Shown piece after piece: positions 1-13,590 of a stretch of DNA of 64,000 bases. The translations under genes and the position numbers were made by a program. The notes beneath the pieces are model-generated. The model searched no databases. It saw only the letters and a program-made list of their open reading frames with translations, and was not told the DNA's origin. The DNA comes from Macrostomum lignano. Lineage: Eukaryota. The stretch is taken from positions 124,001 to 188,000 of the forward strand of contig NIVC01000111.1 in NCBI GenBank assembly GCA_002269645.1, written 5' to 3'. How positions within the stretch are numbered: the stretch's first letter is position 1; each line of letters opens with the position of its first letter.

Positions 1-1170
1 AGTGGTCAGATCCGTGACAGGGCATATTCCTAATGCAACGGTGAGATGTTCGATCAAGACTGATACACAGGACTATATTCCAGAGAAGAATGTTGTAACT
101 AGATCTGAAACAGTTGACGTTGTGGTCGGATCCGTGACATTGCAAATTTCTGATGCAACAGTGAGACGATGTTCAAGGATGATATGCACAACTACACTAC
201 AACGATATTTTAACCAGGTCTGAAACAGTTGACGTTGTCGTCGGATCCGTAACATAGCGAATTCCTGATGCAACGGTGAAATGCTGTTTAAGGCTGATAT
301 GCAGGACTACACTTCAGAGAAAGATATTGTAACCAGATCAGAATTAATTTAAGTTGTCGGATCCGTGACAATGCAGATTCCTAGTGCAACGGTGAGATTT
401 TCAAGGCTGATTTGCAGGACTACACTCCATGCAGAGAAAGATATTGTAACCAGATCTGAAACAGTTGACGTTGATGCAGTGGTCAGATCCGTGACAGGGC
501 ATATTCCTAATGCAACGGTAAGATGTTCGATCAAGACTGATACACAGGACTATATTCCAGAGAAGGATGTCGTAACTAGATCTGAAACAGTTGACGTTGT
601 GGTCGGATCCGTGACATTGCAAATTTCTGATGCAACGGTGAGACGATGTTCAAGGATGATATGCACAACTACACTACAACGATATTTTAACCAGGTCTGA
701 AACAGTTGACGTTGTCGTCGGATCCGTAACATAGCGAATTCCTGATGCAACGGTGAAATGCTGTTTAAGGCTGATATGCAGGACTACACTTCAGAGAAAG
801 ATATTGTAACCAGATCAGAATTAATTTAAGTTGTCGGATCCGTGACAATGCAGATTCCTAGTGCAACGGTGAGATTTTCAAGGCTGATTTGCAGGACTAC
901 ACTCCATGCAGAGAAAGATATTGTAACCAGATCTGAAACAGTTGACGTTGATGCAGTGGTCAGATCCGTGACAGGGCATATTCCTAATGCAACGGTGAGA
1001 TGTTCGATCAAGACTGATACACAGGACTATATTCCAGAGAAGGATGTTGTAACTAGATCTGAAACAGTTGACGTTGTGGTCGGATCCGTGACATTGCAAA
1101 TTTCTGATGCAATGGTGAGATGTTCAAGGGTGATATGCAGGACTAGACTCCAGAGAAGGATTGTAGCTAG
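1..1170. repeat. Higher-order tandem repeat: 477-bp unit made of four related ~115-126-bp monomers (about 2.4 units, open at window start)
   Basis: Anchor GATCCGT recurs at 9, 129, 244, 360, 486, 606, 721, 837, 963 and 1083 (spacings 120/115/116/126, sum 477). ORFs 365..700 and 842.. repeat with a 477-bp offset. Confidence 0.93.
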
Positions 1171-4100
1171 TGACTTATATTTGTCGTGTCACTATACATG
1201 TATGTTTTTTAAGAAACGTGCATTTGAGAAATTTCTATGGATCACGTATACAAGTACAGTAGTTTATACGACTGTACAGTTACAAAGTCATAAAAGTCTA
1301 CTAATATTGCCCCACTATTCTGAAAATTTCGAATAGTGGGCTAAATAAGAGTATGGAAACGGTCTAGAAACTGATAAACAGAAACAATATTTATATAGCA
1401 ATAAGAACTCAAATTGATACTGTGCTGATAATCCACCCAGACTAAATGTCTTACTTACTAATTCTACTACAACGTACGCTTCTCTCGCTGCCGAGCATAG
1501 TTAGTTTGCATGGTTATACCGATTATTGAGGTCTCTGTTCGTTCATTTACATAAAGATACAACAATAGACGCAAGATATAGCTAGAAAGCAGGCTTAGAG
1601 CGGATAACTGTGGGAATCGGATCTGATCTAGTGGCTATACATTCCCGACACAATAATTAAGGTTGAGAGCTGTCCGCACGGTCGACACTGAGACAGAAAT
1701 CTTTGTGGTTTTTGCATCCATTCCAAGAGATCAGTCAACGTGGCCGCTACCTGGATATCAATACGGAAAGTGTGTTGTTGTTTTAAAAGGCAATAAAATT
1801 GAAAACGCGTGACGAAAATAGGGCATGGGGGACACTCGGACGGACGAGATCCCCGTACCCAGTCCTACTTTATGTGCTCGTACATGTACACGTATACCAG
1901 GCCAGTGGCTCCGTTCTGATGCAGTTTCGGAAGGCAGACGCCATACAAGTGGTGTTATTACTGTCTACTCTGGCTACAAGACAGCTACTACAGTCGTTTT
2001 TCTACATATTTCCCGACCCGTGTCTCTGATGGGCATTCGCCTCACAAAGGAGATGTCGAAGGTTCGATGCTTGAATATCTACAATTCGATGGATAGTCAC
2101 TCTACTGTCATGTCTAGATTGCATTGAATTCAGTTTAGCTAATTATGAAACCATGCAGTTGTTGCCAGTGTTGTCTCTCGTCCTCCCGACTTTTTTCATT
2201 CACAAAAGGGCACGTTCCCTTTCATTTCCACTTGCACTCTACTTGACCATGCAGTTGATAAACCAACTGTAGTAGGGCATTATTTTAGGAACAGGTATTA
2301 GTCACGGGACAAATACGCTTTTACCCTACTATCAGTAGTTTCAGCTAAGGGAAATAATTAGAGCCGGGTAAATCGCTATTTTGGGGGTTGCTTTAGAACT
2401 ACCGAGCAGTTGGGCTCTTGGGAAAGCATCCTCCGCGGAAATTCCGTTTGTGATCCGATTGAACTCAGAATGATTTTAAGGAATTTGATTTGGTAAGAAG
2501 GGAAATAAAAGGGAAATAGAGTTAGAACGCACAGAAGAGTCTTGCCTCTAAAATTGTTGGGAGTCTTGCCCAGAGCACATAGGGAGAATAGGGAATGTAA
2601 CAAACCAACTTCTGTACAAGTAACATTCTTTCTATTAACTTTGTGTTAACTTAAACTATTGAATTTGTGTCCTGACTCACTTCTTTAAATCTAAGTGCTA
2701 GAATTAGGGAAGGCAAAAACCTGGTGGCACCGAACTACCAAAATCTCAAACCAGTAAATCCACTAGAAAGATCCTTAGCACAGAAACCAGTAGCTTAGCC
2801 GCGAGGTTACACGCCCATTCCACAACCAATATAAATATTTTTAGTAAATGGAACTTAATTGATAATGATACATATAGATGTTTGGTTTGATTCTTGGTCT
2901 AATTTTAGTAGTACAAGTTCCGTATAGTTTGGATAGAAGTTGGATATAGTCTATAACAGACTGCATGCGTCTGTCGCTATACATGATTTATGAGTACCTC
3001 TAACTCTCATTCATTTTTTTGACATCTTGACACGAAAACATACTCTTTAAGGTATACTGTACTTGACTCTACTTGAGCTGAAAGAATGTATACATGTATA
3101 TACGACTATACAAATTATTTCAGTTGATTCATGGTTTCAATAACAAGTTTCAATTTGTTAGCAGCTTTCAAGCAGCTAGAGGCCCCGTAGCTGATGAGTG
3201 TCATATCGCGTGACTCACCAGGTTATTTTTTATTGTTGACTAACCAATTTTATCGAGCGTAATGACTTTTCTCTCTTTGTGTGCGCGTTCTTTTGAACCC
3301 ATAGTGCTTTTAAGCGTGTCGTGCAGTGTACGTGCTTTACATGTCGAAGTCTAAAAGCTTGTGAGCTTCAAAGCTTAAAGTTCGTATTTCATGCACTAAA
3401 GAAACTAGAGTTATTTAAATGAGCATTTCGAAATTTACCTGATGGCTCTGAGCGGTACTGTGCTCCAAGTCCTAAAGACGAAAGTTAAGGACTAGGCCCT
3501 CCACATTCTACCCGCCGACAGCCAGTCTGGGTAGCAGCGCTCCTCGAGATGCTGAAAGCCCTCGACTGGGGTTAGGAGTTTGGTAACCTGTTTATCTACG
3601 AGGACGAGCAACCCCGGACAGTAGTAAGCACTGTGCCTGGATTCCGCCTTGCAGCGCCATCACCAACACCGAGCTGTGACGCCTACTAATGTAGCAACCA
3701 ATCCCGATTTACCGGCAAATAGTATCGTGGTTCACAAGACCATCTCCAAGCTTAGCTGAGCGGAAACGGTTTCACGGCCATCCTCAACCTGTCTAATAGC
3801 TGGATGCTTCGATTTGCAGTTCAGAATCCTACACCACCCGTACATTGCCTCCGAGAAGCGTCAGCGGGCAAACGGGATCTCTGTCTAGCGGAAACGGAGC
3901 CCTTGTGCATCATGACCCCTACGAGGACATAGACGGTGGACCCCATCAGGGAGAAAGCCACGAAGGCTGCCAAAACAGCTAGGAGGATGTGAGAAGGGCC
4001 GGAAAACCGCCCGGAACAGTATACACTCTGGATTGCAGCTGCTAGACACTGCCAAGGTTCGCAACCGCAGCAACCCCCAACCCAGTGTCACCACTGCGTC

Positions 4101-5229
4101 CCATACTCTTGGCCCAACCCCCACGGCCACCGCCGTTGGCACCACTCTGATCAACCAGTAGGTGGACCCAAAGCATAGGGAGAGGTGGGCTAACACCCTT
4201 AAATGCCGGAAATCCTGGACGGCTATCCCTTGTCCTGCCGTTGCACTCGACAGGGCCCTGCTTGGACTTAACCACGGGGACATCAGGGCGGTGACTATGG
4301 CTCTCTGATGACATGATGTTTTATTTTCTCACAAATGCTCATTACGCCTCTCCAGTGTTGAGAATGCGGAGCACTTCAACTGTGAAGAGTTTTACACTTT
4401 TACGCCCTAATATACTACAGTGGTCCTGAAGCTTGCCATCGCTGCTCTTATAGTGTTGCGTACGTACAGAATCCCAGGGCTGTTGCAGAAGCTGTCAAGG
4501 ACACCGAAGGGACTATCGAAGTCTGGGAGAGAATTGTAACAGCTAGAAGCGAGTCGACACGTCGACTCACACATGGACTATCATGTGTGAATCGCGCTCG
4601 AAATACTGAATCACTCTCACTATCTGCTGCACGTTGACTTGGCGCCATAAGGCTGAGTTTTTCAAGCTCAGAGGGACACTGACATCCAACGAGCTGGTAT
4701 TACACTGATTTCAGTTATAATTACATGTGTGCACACTAAAATGCAACTAGTCAACGTACTGCAATCAGCGCCAGGTGACTATTTTCACAGTCGGAGTGTA
4801 CAGCAGTGCAAAGAAGCCGTGATCAGTGATACAACTGACTATTTTAAGTGAACCGCTGCAGATATGCTTGATTCTACACTGCAGGTAAGGTATCAAAGCT
4901 GGTTGTACACTTGTACTGTGATATTTTTCAAATAGACAGAATATAGTTAGCCCTAAACAAACCTAGCTGGCGCAGTATTGCTCGATCGGTTATTCTACCA
5001 ACATTTATGGTAGCAGTAGCTAGTGATACAAAGAGTTAAAAATGATACTGTACAAGTAAATAAACAACGCGAGTGAACACGATCACAGATTTGAGTGCGA
5101 GCACTGACTCATTTTTACTCTTAAGAAAAAACTTGCAACGTCGCAAGGATATTATTCCTAAATTTAATTGACACGGACAATTTAGACAATAAAATGTTAA
5201 AAAATTCAGCGCTGCTTTTAACAAGACTG

Positions 5230-6010
5230 GTATGACTATTCACTTCAGGAGTGACGACCCTGCTTCTCAATTCAAGAACTGATTCGCCCAAAGGTAACTC
5301 GCAGTCACTCGTGTCAAGTTCAATCTGAAGAGGCTGGCATTGAACTTTTTTGCCACGTCTCACGGTAAGGGCGCGATCGATGGAGGCACACTGAAACGGT
5401 TTGTTTGGAAGCTAGTTAAGGTGAGGCAGGTGATTGTCAGAATGCAGCAGTTAATAGTGCAGATGAGGTGTGTAAGATTGAGTGAGACCTACTGCATCTC
5501 AAAAAAGAAGATTCTGGAACTGCTTATGCTTAACGATTGAGTAGATAAGATTTTCACAGCCAGAGGTGAGTGGTTTTTTTGTTGAGAGATCTGCAGAACT
5601 CAATGACTGAGTCTCTGCCTTCATTTCAAGTTCCAAGCATCAAGCGGCAGCACTTTTGGTGTGCATATGACAACTCACTTGCTGTCTTCACCAACAAACT
5701 GTCCATCGACCGATATGAGTATATGACCAGTTTCCAGGTAGCCAGAGCAGGATACGCAGCTTGATCCTTAAGCCAGACAGCTGCCCAGACTCGACTATAG
5801 ATATCAGCTTACAGTTGTAGGTGACTGGGTGCTCGTCAAATACTGGTAGAGTCTAAAGACACAAGTTATACCTGGACAAGTCACCAATGTCATCAACATC
5901 ACCATGGTGCAATCGCACTGTGGTCACAATTGCTACAAATGGACTCGAAAGGACCTAATATACCATGCTGAAACTGACATTGTGCACATTATTGACACAC
6001 CTGTTGCACT
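5230..6010 (+). mobile_element. Decayed DNA-transposon-like (putative DDE transposase) coding remnant
   Basis: Broken frames read HFRSDDPASQFKN* (~5242-5283), NFFATSHGKGAIDGGTLKRFVWK (5340 ORF), then VGDWVLVKY and CYKWTRKDLIYHAETDIVHII. This matches the SDGxxxQFKN ... FFATSHGKGxxDGxGGxxKR pattern I recall from repeat-derived invertebrate proteins. Stops and frameshifts are present; superfamily not assigned. Confidence 0.6.
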
Positions 6011-8166
6011 TGTTCAAAGCTATTTTGACAAATGTTGCAATAATTACTACACAAGCAGGCTCATAAAAAACTGTGTTGCCTTTCTTTTGTTAAGAACTTA
6101 TGAAAATCACCTTAGTATACTGATGATAATTCCCCAGAAATCTTCAGAAATATGGCATTGAATTTGAGAAGAATGATCTTGATTCTAATACAGGTCCTAA
6201 CTACTTGCAGATCTTGGAGTATAAAATAAGAGGGGGCATATTTTAACCAAGAGTAGGATGCCATATTATGCAAAAGAGGTGCACCATATTGAAAAAACTG
6301 ATGGCAGTGAAGACCCTTTTTATGACAACTTCTATGCTTATTTTCTGGCACTCTTGTATTATTTCCTGTTTTGGATTATATTACTCTATCTTGCAAAGTA
6401 TTATACTTTTAGGATTTTGATACTTATACATGCGCAACTCTCCCTCCTATACACCAGCTATGCGACATACTTTTGACCATGTGACTTACCTATAAAAGAA
6501 GCTTAAGAAAATAAACGTGATTTTGGGTAGACGGCAAGAGTATAACTATGACTAAATTTTTAGGGAAAATGCCTCGTCATCTAATTAATACTATGTATAT
6601 TTTGGATAGGCATTTTTGTGACTACTTACCTTGGCTTATGCCAGTGATCATATGCCAGTACTCATTTAATTTAAAGGAATGATATAGTTATAATATTACT
6701 ATGAATAAGTTATTAGCCTAACATTATTAATTTGATTAAAGTTTCAACAATTTCAAATTCAGTCATGAAACTCTTAAAGACTTGGTACATAGTGTAATGC
6801 TTAGCATATAAAGCAAGTGCTACTTGGTATCCTTAGTGCATAATATATGATACTTTATGTGCTTGGCCTCATACATACGCAACTGCTAGCCAACCTAGCC
6901 AATCCAGCTACCATAAATAGTGGTAGACTAGGTGTAAATTGCAAAAATGCCTACCCAAAGAATAGATATAATACTAATCAGATGATGAGGCATTTAGCCT
7001 TAATAAGACAGTCATGTAATGACTCAGGAATCAGGCAGCATTTGTGGCATGCAAGAAAAAGGTCTTAACCCTCCAAGTAGGGTGAGACAATATTTATATA
7101 TTTGGAAGCGATCTGATTGCAACGTGCACAAGACCCGCATGCCATATGTACATAAGTTGGGTAGCGACATGTACGTGCTAATATAATGTACAAGCTAGCA
7201 CTGGCCAGAGTGGCATTACAAGTCATAGTTACTCCTGCTATTTACTAAAATTCACATTCTAATTTTTGCTTAATGGTTTCTTTTATGGGTAAATTGCATT
7301 TTTGGTCTAAAAGTAAGTTGCATGGCTAGTATAAATCAGTGGGATTGTGCATGTATGCTTGGCTTGCAAAGTATATAAAGCTTAGTGCCTTTGGCATATA
7401 TAGTATACTATAGTTTGGAAGGCAACATGTATGCTAAGATTTCCTAGCATAAAACAAGTCTTACCATTTTTTAGTATACATTAACATTAGGGTATATCCC
7501 CGAATATATGACACAGCAGATATATTGTGTCAAATGACAATTTTTTTGTCATTTTTTCTGGCATTAAACCTGACATACACTAATATACGATCCTAACTAT
7601 AGATAATAGGCCCTATATAATGCTTAGCATGTTGATAGACTTTGTTTTTGAGAACTTTACTATAATACAGCCATTAATGGGCTTTAATATAAGCTGATGA
7701 AATATAAAATGAGTCAACACAATGATTATAATTTTTCATGTTTATATTGAATAAATTATTGTCAAATAATTATTAATTAATCATTAATTATATAAGATAT
7801 TAGATTTGAAGTATCTAATATCATAAAATATTTAAAGCTATTTATTATAGTATTTACTATTTAATTTGGTCCAAAAAATATAAATCTAGTTCTAAAAATA
7901 AAAAGCCACAGATATTTATCTAGACTAGGCCTAGGCCCTATCTAGGCTTATTAAATTAGACTAGAACTTAGAAGATAGTATTTTATAACTAGATAGGCCT
8001 ACTTAGATTATATATCAATGACAAAAGGTAGCAGATATTAATAAGTTACAAGATGAATACATACAAACTGACAAACATTGCTTTATCTTTTAGATCTTTA
8101 AAAAATTGAAAATACAATGATGGCATTGTACAGAAATATGTCATCTATCTCTATTAATATAGAGAT

Positions 8167-8908
8167 ACAGCATACATTGCGCAATATCTAGCCAAGCCAG
8201 ACAATTGGGCCAGCTAATAAGGGGTCCACCAAGTAAGTTGCAAAAATGCCCAGCTAAAAATCTGCATGTATTTCTAATTAGATGACGAGGCATTTAGTAT
8301 TAATAATACATTAATAGTTACTCATGCTGCTTACCCAAAATTATGTAAATTTTGCTTAGGTTTCTTTTATAAGTAGGCCTAAGTCGCATGGCCACTTGGC
8401 CGGTGAAATCAGGGGGTTACATATGCAGAGGGGCCATTTTTCTAAATAGGGCCTGGTCAATTTCAAGTTACCAAACTTAAAGAATATGACAATATAAATA
8501 TGATATATCTCTCTACTATCTACTATCTACTATCATAGATGATGTATCTCTCTACGATCTACTATCTACTATCATATCTATATTGTCATATTCTTTAAGT
8601 TTGGTAACTTGAAATTGACCAGGCCCTATTTAGAAAAATGGCTCTTCTGCATATGTAACCCCCTGATTTCACCGGCCAAGTGGCCATGCGACTTAGGCCT
8701 ACTTATAAAAGAAACCTAAGCAAAATTTACATAACTTTGGGTAAGCAGCATGAGTAACTATTAATGTATTATTAATACTAAATGCCTCATCATCTAATTA
8801 GAAATACATGCAGATTTTCAGCTGGGCATTTTTGCAACTTATTTGGTGGACCCCTTATTAGCTGGCCCAATTGTCTGGCTTGGCTAGATATTGCACAATG
8901 TATGCTGT
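8167..8908. mobile_element. Foldback/MITE-like element with ~330-bp inverted arms
   Basis: 8167-8496 (ACAGCATACATTGCGCAATATCTAGCC...GAATATGACAATATA) is the near-perfect reverse complement of 8579-8908. The 82-bp spacer is CTAT-rich. Partial related sequence lies at ~6480-6600. Confidence 0.9.
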
Positions 8909-11709
8909 TCTATTATTCTATTCCTCTAGTTGGAATGCAAAGACAATTTTAGCTATAGTATAGAACCTGAGACTCCTAGAGTTTGTATCTTTATTTAGAA
9001 CTATATCGACTTTTTGTAGGACCAAATTAGGTGAGAAATGGTATTTAATTTTAATAAGCTATAACTACTAATATAAATCACATTTATTTTATAAAAAAAC
9101 TCACCAAAATGCATTGAGAGTTGGTTGCTGACAGTTTTTTATTACTTTTAGAATAAGAAATTAATGTTACAGGCCTTTTGGCTCTCTATAGAATTCCACT
9201 AAATGCCACCAAAGTTGTAACAGGGCTAATTTACTATTCTCTTAAATGTTCTTGTTAGGTTGGTAGCTGCCACCAAGATTATTCTATTAATAAATTATGA
9301 GTTTATCAATATTAGAATAATCTGAAAATGTTTCTTAGAATAGGTCTGAGTATTTAGTCTGAGTATTATTCTTAGAAAAACTGTTAGCCCTGAGAGGTTT
9401 ACTCTTCTGATTATTCTGGTAGCGTTCTATTATTCTGGTAGCGTTCTACTTAATAATGGCCTGAGCGGTATTCTGGCTTACTGGTATATGTATTTCATGT
9501 ACTTTGCAAGTCCTTGGGCGTTACCGAGATCAGAGGGTCACAGCCTCCGTTATTCTTACACGTCTTGTTTCAGATCTACTTCGCAACTTCTTACTACTCA
9601 ACACTTTCCTTCTTAGTAGTATATACGGTACACACCTCCGTCTACTTCACTCTTACTTCTCAAAGGAATGAATACAGAAAACACTTCTTCAATTCTTATT
9701 TTCTCGGAACTCTCATTAACTGCTATTAATCGGTATTATTGCGAACCGCGATGCGCGAGGGGTTTGTTCTTCCTCCGCCAAAAACGCTTCTATTTATACT
9801 AATTTTACTCGTAGATTAAAACAAAAATTATATTTGTAAAATATTATGAGAAAATCGTACAGTATAACAAATTATTTACTTAGCGTTTAGGCACGAATTT
9901 GAAAGCATTATTACTCGTACAATTATAGATCGCCCTGCACATTAAAGAGCAAGAACTAAAATCAAAGCAAAATCATGCACTGTATCCCATGCAGTCTAGG
10001 TCCACTTAATTTTAATTAGGCCTAAGCCTAAGCTGAAAGCCAAAGGCATTTCAACTCTTTTCAAAACCACTAAGTCTAGTAGACTGCAGGGTTGATCTTT
10101 CCAGACTTTCCTTCATTTTCCTTGCCTCTATCTCTAATAAGTCAATCACTATTGGATAGGGCATGGCCGGGTGTGATAGATAGGTTTAATGACCCTATAC
10201 ACGAGTAGGACAAAAAACTCTATAGCCCCAAGTCAAAAAAGAGGGGTTGTTGTGTACGCAGCAGAATGCAACCCCCCTCCCTCTATCCCAAACCAATCGA
10301 TAAAATGGAGGGGGTTGGCAGAGAGCCTTTGTGTTTGTTTAATTCTATGGAATAAGTTGGTTTGGCTAGGTCTTCTTTCTATGATTCGATTCCTTACTAT
10401 TTAGATTGAACCATTTTATCTTTTTTAATCCCCTTTTAAAACTTCTGTTGTGTAGTAATTTAAAAGTATTTATTGATACTAACAGGCAATAAGCAAATAG
10501 CAAATTGTGATGCCCATCATGCCACTAAAATCTCTTACAAAGGGACAATTTTCTTGGGGAATTTTAGCGGTAAGGGCAGAATGTCTAATAGGTGTTCCAA
10601 CTGTGCTGGGCACAAAATTAAGACTTGGAAGAGAGGCAGGTTCTTTGACCTATGTCTCCAAAGAAACAATACTTGCCCCCATTTGGGAACAAAGCATAGG
10701 CCTACTGTATTATTTCCTGGCCTTTTAGGGCCTCCTCAATCCTCATTGGCCTTAGCAGGTTCTAGCTGTACATTGATGAGAGAGTGGGAAAATGCAGGTA
10801 CAACCTGACCTGACAGAGCGAGTCTAATGGTTGTATGACTTAGCAGTCACGCATGCTTCATACACTTTGTACACTAAACAGTAACACAGTCACAACAATA
10901 GGGAATTGGGAAAGAGACAAAATGCCTTATGGATAGAGGTCTAAGGTTAGGAAAGATGCCTGGCCTTGGAGACAGCAGAACATCTATGGGGGTAAGGCAA
11001 GACACCTAGGGAGACAGTATATCTGGGGATAAGCAAAACACCTAGGAAGACAGCACATCTAAGGGGGGGGGAAATAGGCAAGATGCCTATTCAGGCCTAT
11101 ATGCCTTGAGGAGAAGGGAAGAGGCAACATGCCCCTATTAGACAGGATGTTTCCTAGGGACAAGGGGCAGAATGACTAAGAAATAAGGCATTGATGAATA
11201 TGCTATTTTTAAAACTTGGATAGGCATAAGCAAAAATTGCAAGTTGCAACACCAAGAACAAGTTGGTCTGTCAGAATATTTTCTGATTCCTTTTTATAGA
11301 GCAAAACAGAGTTGTGTAGTATTTAATAAAACAGAGTTTTGACAATTTGCAGAGAAATACAGGGGATCTGTCTCTTTGTCCTTGCCCTTATTACCCGAGG
11401 GCAATGCATTAGCCCTTAGTAACTTTGCACTTTTCAAAATACATTAGATAATTTTTTATCCTTCATTTAAAAAAAGAAAGATATTTCAACCAATGTTGAC
11501 ATAATTTTAACACAAGGTTGTCACAAATATAGCATTATATTTGCAGAATTTACGCATGCAAGCAATCACATATACATATGCAAGTGGTGGTCTGAAGTTG
11601 AATGTTAAAAAGCAAGCCGCGGGGATGCCACATTCACTTTGCTTTGTGTGTGAGTGAGTGCTTGTGTGCATAAATTTTGTAAATCATCACAATATACTAA
11701 ATCTCTTAG

Positions 11710-11710
11710 A

Positions 11711-11776
<66 letters not shown>

Positions 11777-11840
11777 GTTCTGTCTGTCTGTTGACTGTCT
11801 CTCTGTCTGTGTGTCTGTCTGTCTGTCTATCTGACTGACT
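11710..11840. repeat. (TCTG)n microsatellite
   Basis: Direct reading of the sequence. Confidence 0.95.
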
Positions 11841-12197
11841 GGTATTTCAGTCTATAGCCTGAAGCCTGAACCATTTTTTTTCAAACTTGCTTTATTCATT
11901 CGGAAATTCTTGTGAGATTGTGTGGGTGTAATTGCATTGATAAAATCGAATGGGAAGATGGTTAAATATTTGGAAAACTATATTTTCCCTATCTAATTAG
12001 TGTATTTTTCTCATAGTGAGAGCTCAATATAACTATGGCCATAGACTAAACTTCAACTTCTTGAGCTAATGCTACTCTCTATAAATAATTAAATACGCAT
12101 ATTCGAAAACATGCTTTTTTGTATAAAAGAGAGATATCAGCCAGTGCACTTTAAAAACATTGAAATATTATGCAACTGTGTATTAGGCCCATGGAGT

Positions 12198-12491
12198 AAA
12201 GAATAGAATGGAGTGCTAATCTGAGCCAGTTATTTTTATCTCGCTTAATTTTTGCTTTTAACATCCCTTCCCCCCCATTCCTTCATATTGGCTGAAAGCA
12301 TATTTTGATGCAAGCTCATACTATGCTGGGACAGACCTTTCAGAGGGGAACGAAAATGAAAATGAGACAAAAAATACTTCGTCTATGGCAGTCACGAGCC
12401 AATAGGAAAGAACGGGAGAAGGGGATGTTAAAAGTTAAGATCGAGTGAGATAAAAATAATTGGCTCAGATTAGCACTCCATTCTATTCTTT
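12198..12491. mobile_element. MITE-like element with imperfect terminal inverted repeats
   Basis: AAAGAATAGAATGGAGTGCTAATCTGAGCCAGTTATTTTTATCTC at 12198 pairs with GAGATAAAAATAATTGGCTCAGATTAGCACTCCATTCTATTCTTT ending at 12491; looser pairing continues inward. Confidence 0.8.
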
Positions 12492-12516
12492 CCTACATGA
12501 TTAGGCCTCACTGTTA

Positions 12517-13154
12517 TACACTCAGCAACATTTAAAACGCAACACTCTAACTAGAAGAAAAATCAACTCACTCAAAAGAGTCAAAGCGCATAGTCTATGG
12601 TTCAAATCGAGCTTCAGAAATGCGTGTAGCTTCCTCTCGCAAGTAACAGGGCGATGACTATGGACTGTTTTCAGATAGAGTGATCTAGCTGAGAGAATGG
12701 TTCAACAGATGACAGACGCGGAAAGATGGCAAGCAGTCGGAATGTTGGAAGCAGGTTGTACTCTTCGAACAGTTGCGAACCACTTCGGGAGGTCGCCTTC
12801 AACAGTTTTACATCTGCTACAGAAGAGCAGAGCCACTGGAAGTGTGGCTCATGCGAGAAAAGGTACGGTGCTTCACCAACTTTGCAGTACAACAGCTATT
12901 GTTCGAAGAGTACAACCTGCTTCCAATATTCCGACTGCTTGCCATCTTTCCGCGTCTGTCATCTGTTGAACCATTCTCTCAGCTGGATCACTTTATCTGA
13001 AAACAGTCCATAGTCATCGCCCTGTTACTTGCAAGAGGAAGCTACACACGTTTCTGAAGCTCGATTTGAACCATAGACTATGCGCTTTGACTCTTCTGAG
13101 TGAGTTGATTTTTCTTCTAGTTAGAGCGTTGCGTTTTAAATGTTGCTGAGTGTA
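12517..13154. mobile_element. Non-autonomous Tc1-family foldback element with 255-bp inverted arms and a transposase N-terminal fragment
   Basis: Arms 12517-12771 and 12900-13154 are reverse complements with TA at both ends (TATACACTCAGC...GCTGAGTGTATA). ORF 12697 reads MVQQMTDAERWQAVGMLEAGCTLRTVANHFGRSPSTVLHLLQKSRATGSVA, a Tc1/Tc3-type N-terminal HTH. Confidence 0.88.
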
Positions 13155-13269
13155 TATCACTCACTGTGTATATCACTCACTGTGTATATCAGCCGCTATG
13201 TATTTGACTGCATTGCCAAAGCATATCATTGGCTGATGCTAAAAATTGTCTGTCTGTGTGTGCCCTGGG

Positions 13270-13590
13270 TCTGAGAAATGCTTGCTTATGCTTGCTGTCT
13301 GAGTAATGCTTGCTGTCTAAAGAATGCTTGCTGTCTGGGAGATGCTTGCTGTCTGAGGAATGCTTGCTATCTAGGGGATTGCTTGCTGTTTGGGTGATGC
13401 TTGCTATTTGAGGAATGCTTGCTGTCTGAGGAATGCTTGCTGTCTGAGGAATGCTTGCTGTCTAAGGAATGCTTGCTGTCTAAGGAATGCTTGTTGTCCT
13501 AGGGGATTGCTTGCTGTCTGGGGGATGTTTGCTGTCTAGGGGATGTTTGCTTATGCTTGCTGTCTGGGGATGCTTGCTTTCTGGGAGATT
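13270..13590. repeat. Minisatellite, ~19-bp unit (ATGCTTGCTGTCTGAGGA-like)
   Basis: Repeated ATGCTTGCTGTCT core with variable GAGGA/GGGG tails. Confidence 0.88.

Noticed and set aside
2596-2811. Solo LTR (TGTAAC...GTTACA after a purine-rich tract)
   Set aside because: Only 6-bp inverted ends, no matching target-site duplication and no second copy in the window.
3640-4310. Decayed LINE ORF1 (PPTQCHHC, LKCRK...CP resemble zinc knuckles)
   Set aside because: Motifs are incomplete, lie in different frames, and no RT or endonuclease sequence was found.
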